Shown here: positions 29,568 through 38,242 of the stretch, piece after piece
Layout: each line of letters begins with the position of its first letter
Position numbering within the stretch: the first letter of the stretch is position 1
NCBI GenBank assembly: GCA_965223265.1
Contig: OZ244999.1
Location: forward strand, 2,624,001 to 2,688,000
DNA length: 64,000 nucleotides
Reading direction: 5' to 3'
Source of the DNA: Planctomycetota bacterium
Lineage (GTDB): Bacteria > Planctomycetota > UBA8108 > SXIK01
Program-made: the position numbers and the translations under genes
Notes under the pieces: model-generated
Told to the model about the DNA's origin: nothing
Databases searched by the model: none
Seen by the model: the letters and a program-made list of their open reading frames with translations, nothing else

Positions 29568-30770
29568 TCATTTGTCGGTGCGCCGCGCCGCAACCACTCC
29601 CATCATGATTTGCGACTTGGCCGGCAGCCGAGGTACGACCACGACCGAAAGCGCTGGTGGCTGTTCCGGGAAGTGCGTCTCGTAGGCGGAGGCGACGGCG
29701 CCTGCATCAGTCTCTGCTGCTAGATAGATGCGAACGTCGACGACGTCGCTTAGACTCAACTCACCGGCGCTAAGAATCGCGCTCATCCACTCGACGGCGG
29801 AATCGACCTGCTCTCTCAGCTCGCCATTGCGGCGAAAAATCCCGGCGAGGTGGAGCGTGCCTCCACTGAGGAGACCGCGACTGTAACTGCTGCTCGGGGG
29901 CTGTCCTGCGCCAATGACTGCCCGACGGGAGCTACGGCTTGCGATCATCGTGATTTCGACCGGCGAGCCGAGTGGAAGCGCCGCAACACTCATCGGCAGA
30001 CGTGCAGGCTTCGGATCCTGCGTGATTTTCGTCAGATAGGCGGCGCTTGCAGCGCCAAACTGATCGGCATCCGTCATGTAGAGGTATGCTGAGACGACGT
30101 TCGAGAAATCCATTTCGGCCGCCTTGAGGACTTGATGGATATTCTCGAGCGTTTGGAGTACATGCGCGCTTGTGTCGCCGTCGATGAGCTTGCCGGTCTG
30201 TGGGTCGATGCCGACGTGCCCAGAGAGATAGAGTGTGTCGCCGGCGAGGACTCCCGGACTGAAAGGTAAACCGGCCTTTGCGTCGCCAGGAGGATGGATC
30301 ACCTTTTTGGGGCCCTTCACCGCGACCATCGAGATCTGCACTGGCGATCCGTCCGGCAGAGCGGCGACGCCGAGTGTTGTGCGTGTGGGAAAGCGTTCGC
30401 CAAAAAAGCTGCCGTAGGCCTCGTTCATGGCGCTGTAGTGCCCGAGATCCGTGAGCCAAACCTGTGCCGCGACGACGTCGGAAAAATCGAACTCCGCCAT
30501 CTCGAGTTGGCGTTTGAGCTTTTGCATGACGACGTTCGTCGCCGCTTGAAGATCACCTGGGTGGTCGCCGGTGACGGGATCCCGGCTTCCCTGGGCGGAA
30601 AGGTAGAGTGTATCCCCGATGCGGACCGCGTCACGCTGTGGTGGCGCTCCGTCCGCTGCAAGATCCTTCGTTGCCGAGGGCGCCATAGGCGCCGCGAACA
30701 ATGCCAGCGCGGCAACGAGCCAGTGCAAGAGGGATTTTGTCCGAATCGGTCGGGACTTGAAGGTCTTCAT
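29568..30770 (-). CDS. Exported Rid (YjgF/YER057c/UK114) protein with three tandem domains
   Basis: Three units GDTLYLSAQG / GDTLYLSGHVG / GGTLHLAG, each followed by F/LSD/NVV and P-x-R/L...LP; signal peptide at the N-terminus. Confidence 0.85.
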   Translation of the reverse strand: MKTFKSRPIRTKSLLHWLVAALALFAAPMAPSATKDLAADGAPPQRDAVRIGDTLYLSAQGSRDPVTGDHPGDLQAATNVVMQKLKRQLEMAEFDFSDVVAAQVWLTDLGHYSAMNEAYGSFFGERFPTRTTLGVAALPDGSPVQISMVAVKGPKKVIHPPGDAKAGLPFSPGVLAGDTLYLSGHVGIDPQTGKLIDGDTSAHVLQTLENIHQVLKAAEMDFSNVVSAYLYMTDADQFGAASAAYLTKITQDPKPARLPMSVAALPLGSPVEITMIASRSSRRAVIGAGQPPSSSYSRGLLSGGTLHLAGIFRRNGELREQVDSAVEWMSAILSAGELSLSDVVDVRIYLAAETDAGAVASAYETHFPEQPPALSVVVVPRLPAKSQIMMGVVAARRTDK

Positions 30771-31057
30771 GGAATGGGTCTCGGTGGGTCTTTCAGGTAC
30801 AGGCGTGCATCAAAACCGATCGCTGTGCCAGCGCGCAATGGTTTCCTGTCGGACTCGACTGCTTCGAGTTTGTCGGGAAGTGCCATGCACAGTTTCTTCT
30901 TCCGCCAGCTAGTCGCTTTGGGTGAAGAGGAGCAGAGAGTTCGCCAAATGGCCGTCACACACGGCGCTCGCGTGCGGCACGCTCCAGGCCCGTGGCACCC
31001 GTTTCTCAGCCCGATGGGCTCGCCGGACACGACAGTTGTGTCTATTATGTACGCACT

Positions 31058-33484
31058 ATGATCTACACAAAACGAATGTCCATCGGCACAGGCTTGCTCG
31101 CGCTCAGCCTCCTCACTTCTTTCGCGGTTTCGCTTTCGGCACGGCCCGTCGATTTTTCGCAAGGCGTGATTGTCGGTGCCTCTGATGACCTTCCAGCGAA
31201 GACTCTTGTCATGCTGCAGGAGGAAATCGAGGAGCGGACTTCAGTCCGGTTGCCGATCTCGTTCGCCGTGCCCGACGAACGACCGACGATTCTCGTCGGC
31301 ACGCGGCGAAGCTTTGCCAGCGGAGGCGTCGCAATCCCGCCCGGGATTGATTTGCCGTCAAAAAGTGAAGGATTCGCGGCTTGGGTCGACGAACGGCGCT
31401 CTCCGGCACCTGCCGTCTACCTGGTCGGTCACGATGGCCGTGGGGCTCTCTTTGCGGTCGGCCGTTTGCTTCGAGAGTTGACTCTTGCGAAAGGACGCAT
31501 CGAGATTGACTCGGGCTTCGCTCTGTCGCGTGCTCCACGCTATCCGATTCGTGGACATCAGATCGGATACCGTCACACGGCGAACACGTACGATGCCTGG
31601 AGCGTCGAGATGTACGAACAGTACATTCGCGACATGATCCTTTTTGGCGCCAACAGCGTCGAGATCATTCAAGAGGGCGGGCGCGAACACCGCGACGGAC
31701 CCGTTCTGAGTGAGACGCAATGGACGATGAACGTCAAGCTCACTCGCATGATCGAGGACTATGGCATCGATATTTGGCTCTGGGAACCGCTCCTGGCAGA
31801 CGTCCGAGACCCGGACGTCGCTGCGTCAGAACTGAAGCGACGCCAAGAGTTCTATGCTGAATGCGATCGTATTGATCACGTCATGGTGCCGGGAGGAGAT
31901 CCCGGCCACACCGATCCGGCGGTTCTGATGCCGTGGTTAGAACGACACGCTGCGGCACTACACCAAGAGTTCCCCGACGCGGGCCTCTGGGTGTCTCACC
32001 AAAAATTCAAGAAGGACGGCCTCGACTACTTCTTCAAGTATCTGCACGACATGAAGCCCAAGTGGCTGAGAGGAATCGTCTACGGACCTGGCACCAACAT
32101 GACGCTCGCGGAGACGCGCCGTCGAACGCCTCGCCACTACCCGATTCGCCGCTATCCGGACATCACGCACAACGTACGGTGCCAGTATCCAATTCCGGCA
32201 CTCGACGTCATCTTTGCACAGACTCTTGGTCGTGAAGGCATCAACCCACGACCGATGGCGACGAGCCATATTCACAACGTTCTCGCCAAGCACGCGGACG
32301 GGTTCGTGTCGTACTCAGACGGCGCACACGACGATCTCAACAAGATGGTGTGGAGTGAAATGGGCTGGGGAGCGAAGGGCACGGCGGAGGAGATCGATGC
32401 AATCTTACGCGACTACGGGCGCGTGTTTTTCGGTGCTTCGCTCGCTGCCGACGTTGCTGAGGGCTTGAAAATGCTCGAACAGAATCTCGCCGGCCCCGTC
32501 TTGGAAAACGACGGCATCGACGCGGCGCTTCGCCATTGGCAACAGATCGAGAGGCGAGGTGGTGACCGCTTGTCAGCGAATTGGCGGTTTCAGATGTACC
32601 TATTTCGCGCCATGTTCGACGCCTATGTTCGAGCTCGTCATGTTCTTGAGAAGGGCTACGAGAGGGAGGCGTACGCTGCACTCTCACGTGCCCGTGAACT
32701 CGGCGTCAGCCCGGCGATCGCCGCTGCGCAGTGGGCGCTTGCCGAAACCGATCGCACGCGGCCGTTCCTCGACGATCGCATCGCTCTCGAAGCGCTCGGC
32801 GTCAAGCTTTTGCAGCTCATCGGCTTTCAGATGAGCGTCGACCCACCGTATTTGGCCCGTAACCCTGAGCGTGGTGCGCTCCTCGACAAGCTCGATCGAC
32901 CGCTGAATGATCGGCTGTGGCTCGAGGATCAATTCCGCAAGATTGTGGCGATTGAGAACGAGGCGGAGCAGCTGGCGTTGATTGACCGCATCGTCCATTG
33001 GGAGGATCCTGGGCCTGGCGGTTTCTACGACGATCTTGGCAACGCTCTCAAGCAGCCGCACCTTGTGCGCTACCAGGGAGCGGACGATCCCGGCTTCACG
33101 CTCGGACCGCAGGAGGCCCACTATCGTTCGTTGGACAACTACTCACTTCAAGTCTCGCGGCTGAAGATGTCTTGGCTAGACTATGCACAAACTCCCAGTC
33201 GCATTCCGCTCAAGATGCGTTACGAAGGACTCGATTCCGACGCAACGTATCGCCTGCGAGTGACGTATCACGGGCGTTTCGCACCGATCATGCGACTGAC
33301 AGTGGACGAGTCGATCGAGATTCACGGTGCGCTGCCGATGCCGCAGCCCGTTTGGCCGGTCGAGTTCGAGATCCCGCATCGAGCGACGCGCGACGGCACG
33401 CTGGATTTGCGTTGGGATCTCGTCGACCGTCGCGGCTGTCAGGTGGCCGAGGTGTGGTTGTTGCGGCAAGGACCGGCAGGCTAA
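31058..33484 (+). CDS. Secreted glycoside hydrolase-like protein (GH20/GH67-type N-domain + TIM barrel)
   Basis: Signal peptide; EGF...GHDGRGALFAVGRLLR; PRYPIRGHQIGYR; NTYDAW; PGGDPG; RRYPDITH. Confidence 0.7.
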   Translation: MIYTKRMSIGTGLLALSLLTSFAVSLSARPVDFSQGVIVGASDDLPAKTLVMLQEEIEERTSVRLPISFAVPDERPTILVGTRRSFASGGVAIPPGIDLPSKSEGFAAWVDERRSPAPAVYLVGHDGRGALFAVGRLLRELTLAKGRIEIDSGFALSRAPRYPIRGHQIGYRHTANTYDAWSVEMYEQYIRDMILFGANSVEIIQEGGREHRDGPVLSETQWTMNVKLTRMIEDYGIDIWLWEPLLADVRDPDVAASELKRRQEFYAECDRIDHVMVPGGDPGHTDPAVLMPWLERHAAALHQEFPDAGLWVSHQKFKKDGLDYFFKYLHDMKPKWLRGIVYGPGTNMTLAETRRRTPRHYPIRRYPDITHNVRCQYPIPALDVIFAQTLGREGINPRPMATSHIHNVLAKHADGFVSYSDGAHDDLNKMVWSEMGWGAKGTAEEIDAILRDYGRVFFGASLAADVAEGLKMLEQNLAGPVLENDGIDAALRHWQQIERRGGDRLSANWRFQMYLFRAMFDAYVRARHVLEKGYEREAYAALSRARELGVSPAIAAAQWALAETDRTRPFLDDRIALEALGVKLLQLIGFQMSVDPPYLARNPERGALLDKLDRPLNDRLWLEDQFRKIVAIENEAEQLALIDRIVHWEDPGPGGFYDDLGNALKQPHLVRYQGADDPGFTLGPQEAHYRSLDNYSLQVSRLKMSWLDYAQTPSRIPLKMRYEGLDSDATYRLRVTYHGRFAPIMRLTVDESIEIHGALPMPQPVWPVEFEIPHRATRDGTLDLRWDLVDRRGCQVAEVWLLRQGPAG

Positions 33485-33648
33485 CCCGCGTTTCGTGTGA
33501 CGTGCGATTCCCGTCGCCTTTCACACTCGAGTTGTGCACTCTGTTCTCTATATCTGTGTATGTCGACTTGAGCTCGCCGTCGAATGATCAAGGCAGGTCA
33601 TGGATGCGGCGGTGCGGAACACTGGATCCCCAATGGGAAGGAGTTTTG

Positions 33649-33966
33649 ATGGCCGACCATGCTGTCATCGTGCACCTTGTGCTCTCCGATAGCGACTTTG
33701 GCACTGAGGACGAGCGGGCGCGTGTCCATGAACTTTCGGACCGCATCGAGGCGGAGATCAACCTGAGCGGCGTTGGTGAATTCGACGGCGATGAATTTGG
33801 CGCCGGTGAGTGCACTCTTTACATGTACGGACCTGATGCCGATGCGCTGTTTGATGCGATCGAGCCGGTATTGCGCGGATCGACGCTCTCTTCGCGCGGC
33901 TACGCGATCAAGCGTTACGGCGACGCCGAGGATCCGGACGCGCGAGAGGTGCGCGTCGATCTGTAA
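33649..33966 (+). CDS. Small acidic hypothetical protein (105 aa)
   Basis: GGAAGGAG RBS; MADHAVIVHL...GVGEFDGDEFG...LYMYGPDADALF; this is the real 3' part of track ORF 32998..33966. Confidence 0.75.
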   Translation: MADHAVIVHLVLSDSDFGTEDERARVHELSDRIEAEINLSGVGEFDGDEFGAGECTLYMYGPDADALFDAIEPVLRGSTLSSRGYAIKRYGDAEDPDAREVRVDL

Positions 33967-33986
33967 CCACCCCCGGCGTTCTCTCG

Positions 33987-35000
33987 CTACTTCGAGCTTG
34001 GCGGTCGCACGCCACGTTTGTGGCCGCCGACTTTGGAAGGCGTCGGATCGTAAGCGCCGACCGTCGCGGCGTTCGCACCGTTCGCAGGGATCGACCCCTC
34101 CATACCAAGGCACCAGAGAAGCGCGTTGATCGACAGACGTCGCATTGACTCGCGCTTGAAATCCAGTGGATGGCCGAGACTGGTATAGAAAACACGTGTC
34201 TCCTCGCCGCCGTCCGAGCGTTTGTGTCGCTGCAGCCAAGCGCATGGGTGCGAGACTGGTGGCTTCTTATATTCCCCGCCCACGGGATGGCCGACGAGGA
34301 GGAACTCGGGAGTCTTTGCGAGTGGGTACTCTTCTCGCTCTGCCGTGTAAAGCCAGGACCGAGCATGGAACGGCTCGACCCCGCGCAGGACGACGTGATC
34401 GCGGTTCCTTTCGAATAGCGTGACGTCCGTCTGTCCGGACTGATAGCCGATGAAGCGCTGACCAAAGAACTCGGTGCCGAAACCGTAGTCCCACTTCTTC
34501 CTTGGGTCGCCCTCGAGGGCACGGTAACGAAACGCGTGATTGGTCGTCCGAAAGGCCGCTCGAGGTTTTCCGGATTGGCAGTAGTCGAGGATCCACTGAA
34601 ACTGCTCCTGTGGTAGCGCACGGTAGCGGATGAAGAACACCGCTAGATCTGCCGTCTTGAGCGCCTGGAGTCCCGGCAGGTTGTCGACGGTGAGAGGATC
34701 GATGTCTCCGCTCTCCTTGTTGATGGCGTAGAGTACGGTTGTGCGAATCGGGTAGTCGCGCTCGAGAATCTTCGCCAACATGGGCATCGACTCTTCGGAG
34801 CGGTATTCTTCGTCGCCGGTGACGAAAACGACATGTTTCTTCTCTTCGACGGAAGCGGCGCCGCCGTCGTCGGCAGTACCAACGGACGAATACGTGTGCG
34901 CGATGAGAACGATGAGAAAGAACCGTGTCACGTCGAGGAAGTGTACTCCCGCCTTCTCTGAACGTTTGGCCAGCCGGAAGTTCGACGGTGTCATTCGCAT
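33987..35000 (-). CDS. ThuA-like (class I glutamine amidotransferase-like fold) exported protein
   Basis: HVVFVTGDEEYRSEESMP, ADLAVFFIR, RTTNHAF, RVFYTSLGHP; TAATG overlap with the upstream gene. Confidence 0.8.
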   Translation of the reverse strand: MRMTPSNFRLAKRSEKAGVHFLDVTRFFLIVLIAHTYSSVGTADDGGAASVEEKKHVVFVTGDEEYRSEESMPMLAKILERDYPIRTTVLYAINKESGDIDPLTVDNLPGLQALKTADLAVFFIRYRALPQEQFQWILDYCQSGKPRAAFRTTNHAFRYRALEGDPRKKWDYGFGTEFFGQRFIGYQSGQTDVTLFERNRDHVVLRGVEPFHARSWLYTAEREEYPLAKTPEFLLVGHPVGGEYKKPPVSHPCAWLQRHKRSDGGEETRVFYTSLGHPLDFKRESMRRLSINALLWCLGMEGSIPANGANAATVGAYDPTPSKVGGHKRGVRPPSSK

Positions 35001-35794
35001 TAAAACGCGCAGTTCGTGGGGAGAGGTGGCTCCAGGGCGAGATCCGGAGCGAAGTCGGGCTCAAGTTCTACTTCTTCCACTCCCGCCTCAACGCTGCCGC
35101 GAAACCCTTGCCGGCTATAGCCGGAATCGCTCATGTGGGCTCGCACCACGACGACGTCACCTGGCTGGATGGGCACTGGGCCGCCGCTTCGCGTGAAGGG
35201 CTGCTCAGTGACGTGGCTGTGGAGCAGGACGCGGCGGTAGAGGAGTTCTCCCTCGGGCGTCGCGACTTCCCACCAATCGGCGTACCGTTCGCAGCCGGTG
35301 TCGGGGCTGGTGACGGTAACCGAAAACGTGTAAGCACCTGGCGCTCCACTTACGGTGACGTTCGTCACGCGCGCCTCTTCCGCGCCGTCGCTGCAGACGG
35401 AAAACTGCGCGCAGGAGAGAGGGTCAGTCGTCGGGTCAGGACCACACGAGTTGGCCCCCGGCGCGGGGATTTCGCCGTTACCTACGAAGAGGAAATTGAG
35501 CGTCGCGATGGCGTCGGAGATGTCGACGCCGCCATCGTCGTTTGCATCGGCGGCATCGTCGCATGCGATCGTTGCAGGATCGCTGCGAAAGAGGAAACCA
35601 AGCGTCGCCAGTGCATCCGAAATGTCGACTTCGCCATCGACGTTGGCATCGCCTCGGATGAAGTTCTCGGACGCCGGGCAGACAACGGCGCCTACGAAGA
35701 TCATGATCGTACAAACCGTCCAGATCACACTCGAGCGAACGTTTGGCGCCAGAATCTGGGTAGGCCGGCCACTCGCATCGTCACTCGTCAGCAT
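35000..35794 (-). CDS. Secreted protein: N-terminal dockerin-like domain + small beta domain
   Basis: FIRGDANVDGEVDISDA...CDDAADANDDGGVDISDA...CGPDPTTDPLSC; then FSVTVTSPDTGCERYADWWEV...HSHVTEQPFTRS; start uncertain. Confidence 0.75.
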   Translation of the reverse strand: MLTSDDASGRPTQILAPNVRSSVIWTVCTIMIFVGAVVCPASENFIRGDANVDGEVDISDALATLGFLFRSDPATIACDDAADANDDGGVDISDAIATLNFLFVGNGEIPAPGANSCGPDPTTDPLSCAQFSVCSDGAEEARVTNVTVSGAPGAYTFSVTVTSPDTGCERYADWWEVATPEGELLYRRVLLHSHVTEQPFTRSGGPVPIQPGDVVVVRAHMSDSGYSRQGFRGSVEAGVEEVELEPDFAPDLALEPPLPTNCAF

Positions 35795-36074
35795 GGTGTC
35801 GACACCGAGGGCGTTTCGGGTCGGACGGGTCCACCGCCGTCGCCAGCGCGACCGGTCGTTCGTCCGCTTTGTTGTCGATTCGCTATCCATGAACTCTTGC
35901 GGCTCGAATCGCTACCTCTACGAGTGGGTAGCTTGCCAGTGCTACCCACTTTAGAGTCTTGGATGCCAGGAGGTATTGCAACCCCTTTCCCGACGCGCGC
36001 AACGTCAGTGACTGCCGCGGTCGAGCTTGCCGTTCATCGGCCAAACGTCCTTTCAACGGGAGGTGCACTCGAGG

Positions 36075-36866
36075 CTACACCTGCTGACCCGCTTGCCGAG
36101 CTTTCTCGGCCAGGAGCTTTTTCTGGTAACGGCCTTGCACGAGGTCGGTCAGCACGAGGATGACCAGCACGAAGTAGAATGTCGTCTTCGTCATCGGCGT
36201 GATCTCGTTGCCGAACAACTTGAGGTGAGCCAAATGCCCACCTTCTGTTACCAGCATGATGCCAACCAGAAAGAGAACGAAGAGGCCAAGAACCTCGTAC
36301 ATTCTGTTCCTCTGCAGGAACGTAGAGACGCGGTCAGCGAGCCAGATCATGAGCACACCGCCGATGACGATGGCGCTCGCCATGACCCAGAAGACATCGC
36401 TCAGAGCCATGGCGCTGAGAATCGAATCGAACGAAAAGACGAGGTTCATGACCACAATCATGAAGATCACCCGGTTCACAGAGCGGGTTTCGCGTTTCTT
36501 CGATTGCGCATGATCGTCGATGGAGATCATGTGCCAGATTTCTTTCATGGCTGTGTAGATGATGAACCCGCCACCGGCGAGCACGATCAGGCTGTGGAAG
36601 TTGAATGTGCCGTCGACGTACTCTCCGACATGGATACCGAAGAGGGGATCCTTGAAGTAGTCAATCACAGCGAGCAAGACGAACAGCAGAACGATTCGCA
36701 GGCCGATGGCCAGACCGATTCCGACTTTGCGGACGAACGCTCGCTTCTCCTCTGGAGCGTTCTGTGATTCGAGCGAAATGTAAAGAAGGTTGTCGAAGCC
36801 GAGTACGGCTTGGAGCAAAACGAGCATACCGAGCGTCAGGAAGTTGTCGATGGAGAGCGTGTCCAC
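36075..36866 (-). CDS. TerC family membrane protein
   Basis: VLGFDNL, GIGLAIGLR, VFSFDSI, multiple TM helices; AAGGAG RBS. Confidence 0.9.
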   Translation of the reverse strand: MDTLSIDNFLTLGMLVLLQAVLGFDNLLYISLESQNAPEEKRAFVRKVGIGLAIGLRIVLLFVLLAVIDYFKDPLFGIHVGEYVDGTFNFHSLIVLAGGGFIIYTAMKEIWHMISIDDHAQSKKRETRSVNRVIFMIVVMNLVFSFDSILSAMALSDVFWVMASAIVIGGVLMIWLADRVSTFLQRNRMYEVLGLFVLFLVGIMLVTEGGHLAHLKLFGNEITPMTKTTFYFVLVILVLTDLVQGRYQKKLLAEKARQAGQQV

Positions 36867-36984
36867 GGAATCTCACTCCTTGAGTCCAGCCAGCAAGAAC
36901 ATGAAGTGACCAACCAGATCCTCGAGCGAGGCATGGTAGGAAGGTTTGCCGCGTTGATCAAGTCGACCTGTATTTTCCCGACGA

Positions 36985-37995
36985 CTATCGACTGCGGACG
37001 CGAGCGAGCTTCATGATGCGGCCCGAGACGTTCCAGTCCTGCACGAAGAGGTTTCCCTGCTGGTCCCAAAAGGAACCGTGCGTGCCGCTGAAGAAGCCCT
37101 CGACCCAATTCTCTTGCTTGATCCCGAACGAGCGCCCCTTCTTGGCATCGGGGTTATGACCTAAGACCGCGATGATCGTGTTCGTTTTGTCGAGGATCAC
37201 TACGCGCCCATGCAGGTCGGGCACCGAGACGAAGTCGCCGAACACCGCTGCTGAGGTCGGCATCCCAAGCCCAGTGACGACTTCCGCGATGAACTTTCCT
37301 TCGAGGCTGTAGTGAACCAGACGTCCTTTTGGTTGGTGGTTGCGGTCGCAGATGAGGAGGCGCGGCGGCTCGTAACGGGTGTCGAGCGTCATGCCGTGAG
37401 CAGTGTTGAACTCCTCCTTGCCGTTGCCCTTGGAGCCGAAGTGCATTAGGTACTTGCCATTCCCATCGAACTTGAAGATTCTGTCGCTCGCGTAGCCGTC
37501 TGAGAGAACGATGTCGCCGTTCGGTGCTACCGTGATGGCTGTCGGGCTGAACCTCGTGCCATCGAGCCCGGATTTTTTGGGAAAGCCGAGCCTGAGAACG
37601 ATGCCGCCGTCGCTCGCACGAAACTTGATGCCTTCGCGATCGTTGTTCCGTGCTCCGTAAATGTACTCGACGCCGCCCTCATCGCGGATCTCCAGGTCGT
37701 GAATGTCGGAGTGGTCCTTGCCGAGAAACGAGCGGAGCACTTTTCCGGCGGGAGAGAATACGACAACACCCTTCTGCGCACTGGTGTACACGTTGCCTGC
37801 CCTGTCCACGACGACACCGCCGTGCGTTGGCCCGAGAATCGACCTCCCGTCGTGGCCGAGACCCCAGCCCGGCACCGTATCGAACGTCATGACACCGCAG
37901 CCCATCCGTACTGGCTCGACAGCATCCTCCGCGAAGGCGAAGGCTGTGAAAAAAAGAGCGACGAGCGCGGTTGTCGGTTGGATGGGACGTGTCAT
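36985..37995 (-). CDS. Secreted NHL-repeat protein (peptidylamidoglycolate lyase-like)
   Basis: HGGVVVD, PTAITVAPNGDIVLSDGY, FNTAHGM, CDRN, HG; signal peptide ending AFA. Confidence 0.8.
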   Translation of the reverse strand: MTRPIQPTTALVALFFTAFAFAEDAVEPVRMGCGVMTFDTVPGWGLGHDGRSILGPTHGGVVVDRAGNVYTSAQKGVVVFSPAGKVLRSFLGKDHSDIHDLEIRDEGGVEYIYGARNNDREGIKFRASDGGIVLRLGFPKKSGLDGTRFSPTAITVAPNGDIVLSDGYASDRIFKFDGNGKYLMHFGSKGNGKEEFNTAHGMTLDTRYEPPRLLICDRNHQPKGRLVHYSLEGKFIAEVVTGLGMPTSAAVFGDFVSVPDLHGRVVILDKTNTIIAVLGHNPDAKKGRSFGIKQENWVEGFFSGTHGSFWDQQGNLFVQDWNVSGRIMKLARVRSR

Positions 37996-38242
37996 TGGTT
38001 ACTCCGATGTGAGAATGCAGCGATTCACTTGCCAAAGGGGGGAGTCGGGCGAAACGGAGAATTCGGCTCCGTTGCTTCCGTATTGTCTCTTTGCGGCTGC
38101 AGACAATCAAGATTCTCAACGTTTTGCAGCAGCAGCTGGACACAATGGTGCCGCAACTGACCACGAACGATCCTGGGTTCGCGGACCAGGCGACTATACG
38201 CTAGCCGACGAGTTCAAACACGTCAGTGCTGTTGCGCTCGTC

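Noticed and set aside
34925-36163. Long antisense ORFs (also 5082..6059, 40787..41809, 50621..51601, 60199..61140)
   Set aside because: Shadows of well-supported genes on the opposite strand.
36867-36984. yybP-ykoY riboswitch upstream of the TerC gene
   Set aside because: Could not find the conserved GGGGAGUA-type motif by eye; an Infernal scan would be needed.
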